A DNA stretch of 64,000 bases from Octopus vulgaris. Lineage: Eukaryota. Position 1 is the first letter of the stretch. The number at the start of each line of letters is the position of its first letter. The position numbers and the translations under genes are program-made. The stretch is from assembly GCA_951406725.2 (NCBI GenBank), contig OX597816.1:154194001-154258000 (forward strand). The letters are read 5' to 3'. Below, in pieces: positions 29,030 to 42,901 of this stretch. The notes beneath the pieces are model-generated. The model was not told the origin of the DNA and did no database searches. It worked only from the letters and a program-made list of their open reading frames with translations.

Positions 29030-29650
29030 AATCAGTAGAACATCAAATTAAATATTTTCCAGTATTTATTTACATCTCTTCTTAATTCAAATCCTGCTAA
29101 GTTCAATTTTGCTTTCATCTTATGGGGTTTGATGGAAAAAAATACCAATCAGGTACTGAGGTTGGTAAAATTGGCTATACTGTCCTTGAAAATGTGTGGC
29201 CTTGGTGCCTAAAGTTGAATTCTTATTATGAAGAGGGAATTGTATTGCCAGAATCGGAGCATCTGACAAAATGCCTTGTAGCATTTGTTTCAGCTCTTTA
29301 TCTTCATAATTCAAATATATCTAATACTTGTTATATCTTTGAGGTCAATAAAATAAAGTACCAGTCATGTACTGGGGTTGATATAATTGTCACATTTTTC
29401 TTAAATTTGTGGCTTGTGCCAAAATGAGAAATTATTATGAATTGGTTGGATCACTAGTGTGTCAGAAAAAAATACCTTGTAGTATTTCTTACAACTTATG
29501 TTCTGAGTTCAAATCCAGCCACAGTCAGTTTTGCCTTCTATCCTTTCAGGGTTGATAAAATACAGTACCACTCAAGTACTGGGGTTGATGTAATCGACTC
29601 CTCCTTCCCCTCAAAAACTGCTGACACTGTGCCAAAATTTGAAACCAATA
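29030..29650 (+). repeat. Head-to-tail cluster of three family-3 SINE copies
   Basis: Recurrent ttcaaat(c)...tttc..ggg.t.gat.aaa....taccag....gtactggggttgat units of about 200 bp. Confidence 0.65.
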
Positions 29651-30799
29651 ACAGAAATACAAACCAAGTACTAGTTTTGATTATAATGACAACAACCTCT
29701 CTACAAGAAATGTGTAACCTTGTACCTGTCTTAGAAATCATCATTATAACCACCATTAGGCAGAGTTAATGGCAGAATAAATGTATGCATTTGATTTTTA
29801 ACTATTTTTTTTTTATACTGATGCATATTAAAACTTACAGGTACTACCAAAAAGTTTTTATTTTCATATTATGTTCTTCTGAACTGCTAATTTCTGGTGC
29901 TGAAAACTGTTGGTCATAGTCTTTTTTTCTTTCTTTCAGGGATGGGGAATTTTTCTCTCTTTTTTTTTTTCTTTTTTCTTTATCATTTCATGCTAATCTT
30001 GTGTATGCAAAATATGTAAATACTATGTTATGTATATTTTGTTGAAAATTATGCAAAAATAAATTAATTAATCAAAACCATGTGTTAACCAAATTATTTT
30101 ATATGTATATCATTAAGGAATTAGTAATATAAGAGACATTAGTATAAAAAGTTCCTGAGTTATATTGATCATAAAGAAAACCAATTAGTTGATAGGTTAG
30201 AACATCTCACCAACCTATAGCCTACATATGTTCTATTTTTTCACTTTGCCTTTTCTACTACAACTACAATAATCACAGAGCAGAATGGGATTTGATATGG
30301 GTAACTGGACATTGAACCTTTTTGTTGTGACTACTTTTTGGCCCTAAAGATAAACACACATGCACACAGAAATATACACATATAGATAAAGAGATACATT
30401 ACAATTTATTAATTGAACATGATTGGTGTAAGCACTTCCTCTTCTCATATGCATAAATTTCTTTTGCATACAAGCAAAGAGACTGAGAGAGAAGGAAGGA
30501 AATAACAAAAGAGATATTAAAATGAGAGAAGTATTAAAACATCTGGTGTCAATAAGTCAATGTCAAATTATTGATGCCAAAACATCCCATACCCTCCTCA
30601 GAGCTATCTAGTTTGATAATAAAACTCTACCTTATACATCTTTCTTTTTGTCACACATTCTGTTTCTTCACCTAACCATGTACTAACTACTATGGTCAGT
30701 TCTTCCTACATGCTGGAATTTCCTTCCATCCATGTTTTTCTTACAGCTGTCAACTTGTAACTATTCCAGTATCATAAATCCAGTAAAGTATTTATTCAA

Positions 30800-32650
30800 A
30801 TCCAATTCTGGGCAGTGAACACTGACAGGGTCGGGGGTGTGGGTATACTTCTTGCAGAGAAATGGGTTAAGATATTCTAGGTAGTCAGAATCTGTGATAG
30901 AATACTTAAGATTAGATTAGTGCTGCAACATGGTTTAGCAACCATTATCTCAGCCTATGCCCCTCAGCCAGGGCTATCTGACGAACAAGAAATACTGATT
31001 TTATGATACCCTCTAGCAGACTGCCTCATCGACAAATGACAGGGACCATTTCTATGTAGCTGGCGACTTTGATGGGCATGTTGGACAACATGCAGGGGCT
31101 TCCATGGTGTACATGGAGTCTATGGTTTGGTTACTGCAATGAGAAGGGAACCAGGCTGCTGGAGTTCTGCCATGCAAATGATCTTATGGTTTGTAACACT
31201 AACTTCAGGAAACCTGCCAGCCACCTACACACCTACCGATCTGGTGGACACACTAGTCAAATTGATTACATCATCACTAGGAAACAGGAAAGATGGCTGC
31301 TTATAAATGCCAAAACCTTCACAGGTGAAAAATGCACCCCACAACATAGATTAGTAGTTAGTGACTTCAGGATCAGGGCTAAATGGATGCCCAGAAGACA
31401 GCCAGCATAGAGAAGAAGAGTCTGGAAGTTTAAGGATCCTGCAAATGGACAGAGATTTAGAGGCATATTACTCAAAGCTTTTGACAAAATAGAGGAGGAT
31501 ATAGCATCACATGATGTCGAAGACAACTGGAGGTTTCTATTGGAACAACCTGTTGAGGGTTGCTGATCAGATCTGTGGATGGTGCAAAGTCCCCTCTTGA
31601 CCCAAGGTAACTTGGTGGTGGAACAATGTAGTTGACAGGGCCATTAAGGTAAAGAAACAGGCATGGAAGAACAGTGGTAGCAGGGAATTGTAGCAGACTG
31701 CCAGAAGGGAAGCTAGGAGACAGGCTTACTTAGCCAGAGTGGAAGCAGACAACAAAAAATATGCCAATGTTCTGCGTCATGAAGACCAAAGACTTGAAGT
31801 GTTTCGTATTGCAAAACAGTGTGTGAGAGAGAATCATGATGTTATAGGAGAGAAATGTGTCCGCATGGATGATGGCTCACTTGAATTTAATGAGGCTGCA
31901 AAGAGGGAGACCTGGAGACACCACTATGAAATGTTGCTAAATGAAGAGAATAAATGGGAGGAGAGTCTGCCAAATGTCGACCCAACAGAGGGACCAGCTA
32001 TCCAAATTGACAGTACCTTGGTAGATAAAGCAATTAAGGGTATGAAGACAGGGAAAGCCCCCAGCCCATCAAGAATCACCGCAGAGATACTTAAAATATC
32101 CGACAGTGTCGGCTATAGTCTAGCCACCTGTACAGTCAATCAGGTGATACATGAAGGAGTCATACCCAATGACTGGTGTAGCAGCACCATAGTCAACTGC
32201 TACAAAGGTAAAGGTGATACATTAGATACAAATAATTACAGAAGTACCAAGTTGTTGGATCAGACAATGAAAGTCACAGAGAAGGCTTTTGTTGACATGG
32301 AGAAAGCCTCTGACTGGGTCCCCTGATCCCTTATCTGGTGGTCAGTGCAGGAACTAGGGATAGACAAGTGGTTAGATGAGAGCTGTACAAGCCATGAACA
32401 GGGAAGCTGCCAGTAAGGTGAGGGTTAATAATAAGTATGGTGAATAATTCTGAGTAGGAGTAGGGGTACACCAAGGACCAGTCCTCAGCCCCCTCTTATT
32501 CATCATAGTCTTCCAGGCAATAACAGAAAAAGACAGGATGCCCCTGGAAGCTGATGACCTTGCTCTAATAGCTGAGTCACTATCAGAACTGGAGGAGAAA
32601 TTTCAGGTGTAGAAGCAAGGTCTAGAATCAAAGGGCCTTAGAGTCACCCT
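30800..32650 (+). mobile_element. Decayed RTE-clade LINE (APE endonuclease plus RT)
   Basis: GVGILLAEKW, ISAYAPQ, AGDF.GHVG, TYRSGGHTSQIDYI, KTGKAPSPSRI.AE, YKGKGD...NYR, AFVDMEKA, GVHQG..LSPLLF, ADDL; contains stops and frameshifts. Confidence 0.9.
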
Positions 32651-32926
32651 AGCCCTCAGTCAAACCGTCCAACCCATGCCAGCATGGAAGGCGGACGTTA
32701 AATGATGAATTGTAAATTCCTACAGTAAAAAATTTATCAAAGTAATGTTATAGCTGTAAGAACCTTATTCAAAGCTCTTCCAATTATAGTTTTACTTCAA
32801 GTTGAACAAGGTTCTGAAAACCTTATTCAAGTGAAGAGCCAAGTTTTTTTTACATCAAACTCGTAGCCGTGTTAAATATCAATTACCATATGACAAGCTG
32901 AATTACAAGATATCATCAATTATGTA

Positions 32927-33023
32927 TATTATTTACAATTGATGAATATTTGTCCTCATCTTGTTTGTTGTGAACACAATGTAAATAATGTACATAATTC
33001 CTCATCTCTTAAATATAGAACTG
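32927..33023. mobile_element. Short inverted tail fragment of the hammerhead-SINE family
   Basis: Matches 57066-57144 in two orientations. Flanked by direct repeat tatcatcaattatgta (32911-32926 and 33024-33039). Confidence 0.6.
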
Positions 33024-33214
33024 TATCATCAATTATGTAAACATCCACATTTGGATGATGCATTTTACGTGCCACTGGAATGGGAGCTAAGTCAGGGGAC
33101 ACTGGCCACAGCTATAATTTTGGTTTTACTTGACTCAACAGGTTTTCTCAAGCATATCATATCACCCGATGCATCAAGGGTACTCTTAAATGGGCCAGAC
33201 ATGCAACACTGGCA

Positions 33215-33650
33215 TTGGCTGCAATCTCACTTTAGTTGCTGGGTCTTCTCAGACACTGCATATCTCCAAAGGTCTCGGTCTCCTGTCATTGCTTCTGTGA
33301 GGCCCAATGTTCGAAGGTCATGCTTCACCACCTCATCCCATGTCTTCCTGGGTCTACTTCTTCCTCAGGTTCCTCCCACAATTAGGGTGTGGCACTTCCT
33401 CACACAGCTGTCCTCATCCATACATAACACATGACCATACCAGCACAGTCCCCTGTCTTGCACACCATATTTGATGCTTCTTATGTCCAATTTTTCTCTC
33501 AGGGCACTTACACTCTGTTGTGTATGCACACTGACGTTATATATCCAGCAGATCATACTAACTTTATTTCTTTCAAGCCTATGCATGTCGTCAGCAGTCA
33601 TGGCCCATGTTTCACTGCTGTGTAGCATGGCAGTTTGCACACATGCATCA
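33215..33650 (-). mobile_element. RTE LINE C-terminal fragment
   Basis: AMLHSSETWAMT...RLERNKVSMICWI...LCWYGHVLCMDEDSCVRKC. Confidence 0.85.
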
Positions 33651-35558
33651 TCTCTTGAGAAACATTGTTATTATTGGCATGTCTACTTAATCCAATGTTC
33701 ATTCATTCTGTAGACCATTCTGACTTGATTTGCATTCAAGCTGTCAATGAGAATCTTATGTGATAAGGATCTTTTGCACTTTGTTGAAGTATAAGTTTGG
33801 TTTCAAATATGGTCCACATGAATGTTCCTCCCTTGTTAACAAACTAATCAAATTAAGATGTGGGTTGTATTTGTCTAGTTGTTGATAATATATTTAAGAT
33901 AACTTGATCACCAACTTATATATCTAAGTACATGGTCTACTAATCACCCTCTAGTTCTTGTTATATTTTGCTTTTTTTAATTATTATTATTACTATCTGC
34001 TGTAGCTTTATTGTTATGGGGATTTTATGATGTGAGTGTTTGTCGAGCAAGATGTAATTTAAGGATAAAGTAGATGGTTAACAAATTTTCCTTTTCCACT
34101 GTCTTCCTGAATGAACTTAAATATGGAAGTAGAAACAGCTGTACACGTGAAAGTCAGCTGCTTCTGTTGTGTATCTCCAGTTCAGACTTGAACAAGGAGA
34201 AATATGATCAAAAACATTCCATCCATGACCATCCCATTCTATTTTACTTATGTGTAAGGAACCAATGTCACATTATCCATGTCAGTTTTTAAAATGATAG
34301 TGTGTAACTTAGAGGAGATTGGGCTGCTATTTCAAGCAAATCAAATGACCACATAGAGGCTCCTTCATTGACTTTAATTGTCTTTGTGGAAACAGTTGTG
34401 TCAGTTAATAAACAGGCATATTGTTGGAAAGTAGTCATAGTGGAAGTATAGCAGGCAAATGATACTACATGAGTTGTTGACCATCCCCTACATCAATCTG
34501 CCAGTCTTGGAAGGCTTGCTAAGGTCATTTGCACAGTTCCTTGGTCCTGACTAAAACCATAAAAAAAAATTACTATTTATATACAAGCTTTGCACAGAGA
34601 CAATATCAGCCAAGGAGAGGAAACTAAATATTGCTAGATTGGATACTACTTTTGTTACTGTATTTTTCATTTGAATGCTCCAGTAACTTTTAGATATTTA
34701 CAAATTCTTAAAGGGATCACTTTCTTCTTTTCATATTGTTAACTACTCGACCATAAAGTAAAATGGGTATGAGGTAGCTGGGTGCAGGGAGAGAGACAAC
34801 TACAGTTGTGGATAGTATTGTGGCTGTTCCAGTTTACTCAGCCTTAATGAAAATCAGCTAAGTGTTGATGCAGCCCTCTCCTTACTATCACATTCAGGAT
34901 GTTCTACTAGGTCAAGCATGAGGGGCCAAGATGGTGTCTTATTTACAGACAATTACATAGTCACCTAGTTAAAAAAACAAGAACAAAAACAAAAACAAAC
35001 TGAGAGTTACATGTTACTAAGCCAGACATAATGATTCAGTAAAGTACTTTCAAGTATCTCAAACTTTCACAGTTGTGTAGAATTAATGACAATGAATAAA
35101 GGACAAACCAGGGTATTTATAAATAATGAAGACATTAAAATGTCTGCGGGTGCTTTGTCTATCATAATATCAACTTTCATTCATAAAACAATTTTTTTTC
35201 CCAACAGTTTAGACATAAACAATAGGAGTTCATAAAATATTTTACAACTTTTGAATAGGACACTCTAGTTTAATTGCTTGTTTAGCAAGGAGATGATTGC
35301 AAGGAGGGGAGCGATTACAGTCGAAGATAATGTTACATACACATAGCAGTATGTATGTGTGCATGTGTATATGTATACATTACACATGCATACACACACA
35401 CACATTTTATATAACAAAAATGTTATTGACACAAGTATGCTTGAACTTGACATTAACATCAGAAGATAAAGGACATTAAAATACTAAAGTGCAGTAAATG
35501 TTACAGTATGTGTGTGTAATATATACATACATACCTATACATATACATACATACACAC

Positions 35559-35625
<67 letters not shown>

Positions 35626-35628
<3 letters not shown>

Positions 35629-36621
35629 GGTGCAATGGGTAAATTGTCGCCTTTTTATATTTTTCATTTTGCACATGCACATTCTTTGTTTTCAATTTTG
35701 TTGACTACACAATATGGTAGGGTCAGTTGGGCACTGTCTGTGAGAAAAACATCGCCATGATGCAATTTATTCTGCTGGAAATTTGAAAACACCATACTGT
35801 AATGCTCAGTATTCACACTGGAAGCTCTAATACGAACATTTCAGAGTGTTTAAATATTAATCTGACGATTTGTACCAAGTGTGATAAAAATCAAACATCC
35901 TGTCAACATCATGGTGTTTGGAGTGATCCCTAGTGATGGCGACATTTTGCCTCCATTCATCTTGCCACACAGCCTCAGACTCAACATGAAGGTTTACTTT
36001 AATTGCCTGGAGGGGTTTAGTGCTGCCCTGGGTCAAGAGGATGGCTGCTGGAAGACCCTACATCTGGCAACAGGACTCTGCACCATACCACATAAGTAAG
36101 AGAACCTAGTCATGCCTGTCAGACAATTTCTGCAACCACATCACCCCTAACATCTGGCCACCTAACTCCCCAGACTGCAACCCCCTTGATTATAATGTAT
36201 GGAGTGCAGTTGAGCAAAAGACCAACAAAACTCCTTGTAATACCAAAGATGGAATGAAGATAAGGATTATGGCAGCATTCACCAACTTAAACAAGGAGAC
36301 CATCCGGAAGAGTTGCAGAGATTCTGAAGTCATCTGGAGGTCGTGGTTGAAATCAATGGCAATTTTATTGAAATAAATAATTTACTCTTTAATATTTTAA
36401 GATATTTTTATGTACTTTTGGTAAATGTATCTGTTAAAATGAGATCATCATCATCATCATCATCATCGTTTAGCGTCCGCTTTCCATGCTAGCATGGGTT
36501 GGACGGTTCGACCGGGATCTTGGAAGCCAGGAGGCTGCACCAGGCTCCAGTCTGATCTGGCAGTGTTCATGTTATTTTCATTTTTACATAATTTAGATGA
36601 CAGTTTATTCACCACACCCTG
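35626..36621 (+). mobile_element. Internally deleted maT (DD37D) mariner-like element
   Basis: TA-flanked TIRs cagggtgcaatgggtaaattgtc / gacagtttattcaccacaccctg. KHPVNIMVFGVI and QQD-(37 codons)-DY with WPPNSPDCNPLDY. Confidence 0.88.
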
Positions 36622-37166
36622 TATATACATATATTCTTTTTTTCTTTTTCTTTTTTTATAATGCTGGGACATTGCCTTCAAAGGAGATGCTCATATATAT
36701 ATATATATGAGCCTCTCCTATATTTCACTCCATTGCTTGCCTCACTGTATCACCCCACCTATTCTTCACTGCCCCCAATGTCCCAACACATCTTCAAATA
36801 TATAGAGCAGCATATATCATCATCATCATCATCATCGACATCATCATCTCATCATCACCATCGTCATCACCACCACTGCCACCATCAACAGCAGCATCAT
36901 AATCATCATTATTTTTACATTCACTTCTTCCATGTTAGCATGGGTTGAATGAGACTTCTTGAAGCTTGGTGCTCTTTCTGGCACCAACCTTTACTTGTTG
37001 TCAAATACATCAAATTATTGCACTGGTTCCATCACATAGCAAAGCAGCCAATCTCTGAAACACATTGTTTATGTGGGACATAAACAAACTACTACTACTT
37101 TAGAAGGTGTCAATACAAAGATACACAAAAACACATCTGACCATATGTCTCTCTGTCACTGTCTGT

Positions 37167-37203
<37 letters not shown>

Positions 37204-37694
37204 GTAAGCATGTAGCTTCCATTAGTGTCTCTCTCACATTACCCGCTACCATTACTGTCATTTCAATTTTTCCCTCCTCTTCCATACCTGTCACCCCCAT
37301 TACACTCTTTCCTCCTTTACAAACACATTACTTTCTCTGGTCATATAAACCCACTTTTTGTTTGACATGGTTGTTGCTATTGTTTGGCTCCAGATCAGCA
37401 CTGATTGAGTAATAACCCTTTGATTTAAAAGAAGTCCATCTGTGACCACCTTGTCTTTGTGTAGGAAATCTAGAACCACTTTATCCTATGTATTCTTTTA
37501 TAGGATGGTAGGGTGTTATTTAAGGAAGATTTGGTTGCTATTTTTACCTGTTTTCACTACCACACAAACTTATTTTCATTTTATGATGATGCATTTTATG
37601 TATGAGTCTATATATTTTTATAAAACCACTAATAGAAGTCCTTCATTTATGATGATGTTAATGTTTTACACACACACATACTCACACACACACA

Positions 37695-37743
<49 letters not shown>

Positions 37744-39155
37744 TTATGTATATGCTTATGTACATGAACTATAAATATACTTAATCAATTCTGACAATTA
37801 GCTGTGTTTGTGTGTTCATATATGTATTTAAAGCCTCTTGTTTGTAAAGCCACTTGGTTATGTAAGTGTTTATAAAAGTACTTATTCCTTTAAGAATAAC
37901 CAAATGATTCAAATATAACTTGTCTCAGGAAAGTTCTTCATAAGGAAATTAAATAAGATATTTGTATAATGAGGGGTTGTTGACATATGACAGGACAGAG
38001 AATAGGTATAAGAGTGGGAGGATATCTGATAAATGAATGGGAGAAGAGCAAACAAGAATAGGAAAGGAATAGGCAGAAAAATGGAGAGGAAACAGACAAG
38101 AGGGAAGGTCAGTTAGTTGGGTGGCTACCTGATTAAAAGTTTAGTTATGATGCATGTAGCAGAGTCAAAGACCATTTGCTCAGAAGAGAAGGCAAGTAGT
38201 GGCAGCGCCTGAAGTGAATGCTCTACTACTACTGCTGTTTCCAAAGTACTGTGAAATTCAGCTCTAGAAAGGTCAGAGCAGAAACAAGTGAAATCACTTT
38301 GCCTTTGGGGTTTCTAGTACTAGAGCCCAACAACTGAAAAGCCAAGAGAACTTCTCTAAAGTAAAACAGGTCAAAGATTTTGATTAATGGCACTGTCTTA
38401 CTGTCTTACAATGATAATAGAAGGTGGAGATGGAAATTAGAGAAGAGTTGAAGACCACAAAAGAGAAAAAGGGAGCAGAAGAGAGGACTGACCTCAAACA
38501 TAAGACAAATATGACAAAGGAAGTCCTCACAAAGAGGTACTCACTGCCATAGAATACCTGAAAACAGAACACTAACTTTTGGATGTAATATTAACTCTAG
38601 AATGGAATTATATTCATATAAATTACATAGAAACTGGGAAGTAAATAGGGTACAAGTATCAGGTGCATCTAAATGACTGAAGTTTGAGGAAGACTACAGT
38701 AGCAATTAATAAATAGAAGGACTACATCCCTACTAAAGCCAAAAAGGATCAGTAGTAACTTTGGTGTGCCTAGTTTAAAGAAGTGATCAGAACATGGTAC
38801 TTTCGTACTCTTGTATGGGTAGGCTCATCATTGTGACCATCGTCATCATCATCATCATCATCATCACTACTGTTTTGACGTCTATTTCTCCATATACACA
38901 TGGGTCAGATGGAATTTGCTGAGGCAGATTTTGCTATGGCCAGATGCCTTTCTTGTTGCCAATTATGACCTGCTTCTAAAAAAGGTGATATTTCCTCATG
39001 GTCAGTCATGTGACTGTGATTGCATGGCAGTGACACTTGTTTGTATCTTGGTATGTCAAGACAGAGACACAAATTCACACACACAGATACATATATATAT
39101 GTAGGCGTGTGTGTATATGTGTGTATAAGTGTGTGTGTACGTGTACATACATACA

Positions 39156-39300
39156 CAGGGCTGGATTAAGCCCCATGGAGGCCCTAAGCACTTAAAAGAT
39201 TTTGGTGCCCCCATGTATATGTAATTCAAAATATAAACAATAATAAACCATAAAATAAATATTTAGTTTTCAAAATGAAACAAAAGTAACTGTAAGATGA
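39156..39300 (+). mobile_element. hAT-like terminal fragment
   Basis: cagggctggattaagcccc...ggtgccccc resembles hAT MITE ends. The partner end was not found. Confidence 0.35.
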
Positions 39301-39307
39301 AAAATTA

Positions 39308-40180
39308 CACTGGTCAACAAAATTAAATGTATTATATTCTTTATGAATGCAAACCAACTTTTTTAGACAAATTTTTCATGCTGATTTCAAAATTTCACTC
39401 CATTTGTATGCAGCACTTCTCAGTGTTTCAGTAGATACATGCAAACATTTATATATTTGTGTATATGAAATCATTAACGTAATAAATAAGGACATATTAT
39501 TTTTAGAAAGCAATTGAGTTTATTGAGTTAAAAATCATCACTATCATTCTACAAAGAGTGAATAAACAAAAAATGGGTCAGACAAAACAGACAAAGTTAG
39601 AACAACAGAGTTAAAAACATTGTGATTTGGATTTCCTGTAGTGTTCCTGATCTGGTTGATCATGGTAAAGTGTCCAGCAGTAGTCAGTCAGCATACTGTC
39701 ATTCCAGAAGCCTTGGTACCGATTCTCCACAGCACTAATGTCCTGGTGAAATCTTTCACCATGTTCATCAGACACTGCTCCAAGGTTATCTGTGAAGAAA
39801 TCTGGATGGGATTTCAAGAAGTGAACTTTCAGTGACATGCAACAACATTTCAGAAGATTCTTGGTGCTATTCTTGTAGTCCATTTCCTTGTTGCCCAAGA
39901 ATTTCTTACATATCCAATTGAAAGCACCCCAGGCAGGCAGTTCCAGTTCATCCAATATTGTCTTGAAGTTGACATCTTTGAGTACTTCTCTAATTTGGGG
40001 TCTGACAAAGATACCTTCTTTCAACTTCACCTGTGTGATTTTTGGAAACTTTCCTACAATATACTCAAACCCTCTGGCATTTCTTTTCACTAGTGTCTTT
40101 ACAAATTGTTTCATCAGTCCAAGCTTTATATTACAAAGGAGGCAATAGGACATTACATGGATCTACAAGATAGGCTGGTG
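39308..40180 (-). mobile_element. Chapaev3-like DNA transposon, 3' part with transposase remnant
   Basis: ORF 39611-40153: IKLGLMKQFVK...KLKEGIFV.PQIR...MSLKVHFL.SH.DFF..NLGAVSDEHGERFHQDI...RYQG.W...DYCW. Terminus cactggtcaacaa at 39308. Confidence 0.75.
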
Positions 40181-41676
40181 GACAAGACTGAGGCTGAATG
40201 AGCCAACTTTGAGTGTGTTTTTCTTAGCTGGAAGAAAGAAACTAAGGAGTGGATGCCTTGGATGTGACAGAGTAATCCAAGTTTTTGTATGGTGTATCCC
40301 TAAATATGCTTGGAGAACTTTCCTTATAGTAACTTTATATTGTTACATTTAAAAAAAATTTTGTTGGCTTCATTTTTACTTTATGTAAACCTCACATTTG
40401 TGTGTATATATTTTGTCTCTGTATTATCTTCAGTGTTTTGGGCCCTTGTGGCTAAAAGAAAAAAATCATTATCCAAGCCAGTAGAATTGATAGAGTATTG
40501 CAAAAAAAATACTTTACGGTATTTCTTCTAGATTTTTTACATTTTGAACTTAAATCCATCCAAGGTCTCAATTTTACTTTTCTTCTTTCCAGAATCAATA
40601 AAATAAAGTACCATTCAAGAACTGGCATTAACTTACCTTCTTCCTTCAAAATTGTTGGCCTTCTGCCTATATCAGTAACACTTATCACTATTATTCCTTT
40701 CCTCCTTTAGTACAGTTTCAGATCTTGTTCATGTAGATTATCAGTTCTCTCCATCAAGGTATATTACCTTAAGCAGAGAGTATTTTTCACAGGATGTTTA
40801 TGGTTCTAAGTTGTGCTGATTTTTGTAAGGCTACACTATTAGGTGTTATATCTAACTTGTTGATATGTAATGCAAACTTGTTAGGATGGGGCCAAAAGCT
40901 CCAATTATTAATGCTACAATACTTGGGACAAGAGTTTCAGCTGGATCTCCAAATACTTATCAATTTTATTTGGTCTCTTTGCTATCTATATTATGGTCAC
41001 TTGAGATGAGAATGTGAAGGTGGAGAGGGAGATATTGACCTCAAGTGAATTTGATGAAAGGTGATTGAAAACGATGAGTGAATAGCCCTTCTTTCACCAT
41101 ATACCTGTAGGGAGAGTGACAAAACTGGAAGATGGTTGTTAGGACAATCCTGTATTTGTGGGGTTCCTAGAGTGGTTTTAGTTATTTTCCCTAGTTGCTA
41201 TTGTTGATAATTTTCACTTGCTTCTTCACAACCTGCTGTTCTTATTTTCCTCTCAGTGATGTGGGACATTGTGGCCAATTAAAGAAATTGCAGTTGTGTG
41301 TGTATGTGTGTGTATGCTTAACCTACTAAGTGAGGTTATCTCATTGACAATTTAATGTCTGATATTGTGTAAAATAAAGATGACACCACTCATCAACAAA
41401 CATTCTAATACTACTGTAACTAGGCAGGATGATTATTTATCACAATTGCTTCATAATAGATTCTAGAACAAGATAAATATTTGATAACAGTTACTTAAGT
41501 TATTTTATCACTATTCTTCTTTCCTGGTATAGTATAATGAAAATGTGAAATAAATAAATGGCTTACACATAAAATATAGGATCAAAAGTCAAGTTTAGTG
41601 GACTTTTCAGTAAATGGTTTCACAGTTTCACATAATCAGAAGTATTTTATTCTTATCAAGAAGCTTTTAAATCATA

Positions 41677-42901
41677 TAGAGGGATTGGACAAAATAATGG
41701 AAACACCTAGCATCATAGCATCATAATTTTGAAATATCTATAAAATGGTCAAAAGCTTGTTTACTTTTTTGGGTTTTTTTTATTTATTATTAGTGTTGCT
41801 TAATATGTTTTGCTAAAATTGCTGTTTCTTTTCAGTTATCATCAGAAAAAGGTAATTAAAATTCATTTAAATGACAAATCTATCAGATTGTGAAAGAGGT
41901 CAAATTGTTGGTGCTCGTATGGCATAATGAAAACAGCCGAAATGTTTGGTGTATCAAGAAGTACTGTCTTGAAAGTAATGACAGCCTTTGAGAAAGAGGG
42001 AAAAAAAACATCCTTGTGGAAACAAAACTCCAGAAGAAAACCAAAACTTTCAGATAGGGGCGTTGGACTCTTACGCGAATTGTTAGAAAGGATCACAAAA
42101 GTACAGCTCCCAAAATTTCTGCCTTGAGAACCCAGTTTCCACAAAAACTGTTTGCCAGGAGCTGCACAAAGCCAGATTTCATGGGACGGCTACAATCTGA
42201 AAACTACTATTTTCAAAAACAGACGTTGCAAAGCATTTAAAGTGGAGTAAAAACCTATAGAATTGGTCCCTAGAGCAGTGGAAGAATGTTATTTTCTTGG
42301 ACAAGTCATCCTTTACTATATTTCCGACCACCAGCCAAGTATACATGTGGAGATGGCCAAAAGAAACATTAGACCCAGACTGCCTTCTTCCAGTTGTTAA
42401 ACATGGAGGGGAGTCTGTGATGATCGGGGGGGGGGGGGGCTATACCTTGGAAATCCGCTGGCCAAATGGTTTCCCTTCATGGCAGAATTAATAGTCAAAA
42501 CTATTTAAGCATTTTATCGGACCAAATTCATCCTATGGTTGCAGAACTGTTTCCGGAGGGAAACGCAGTTTTTCAGGATAATAATGCACCAATTCACACA
42601 GCTAAAGTTGTTACTGAATGGCACGAGGAACATTCTTGTGAAGTTGAACATTTTATCTGACCACCACAGTCCTCAGATCTCAATATTGAACATTTATGGT
42701 GCATTTTAGAAAAACAAGTAAGGAGTCGATATCTTCTGCCATCATCACTACAAGAACTGAAGACTGTTTTAGCTGAAGAATGGACAAAAATTCCTTTGGA
42801 AATAATTCAAACTGTAATTACTGCCAAAGGTGGTCCTACCCACTATTAAAATAAATTTGTTTGAAATTTTAAGGTGTTTCCATTATTTTGTCCAACCTCT
42901 G
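41677..42901 (+). mobile_element. Decayed near-full-length Tc1 (DD34E-type) element
   Basis: TIRs ..ttggacaaaataatggaaacacct / aggtgtttccattattttgtccaacctctg. Motifs VKHGGESVMI, VFQDNNAPIH and PPQSSDLN.EHLW. Confidence 0.9.

Noticed and set aside
26654-30070. Possible second host gene in the AT-rich region
   Set aside because: No exon with both credible splice sites and recognisable protein similarity was found.
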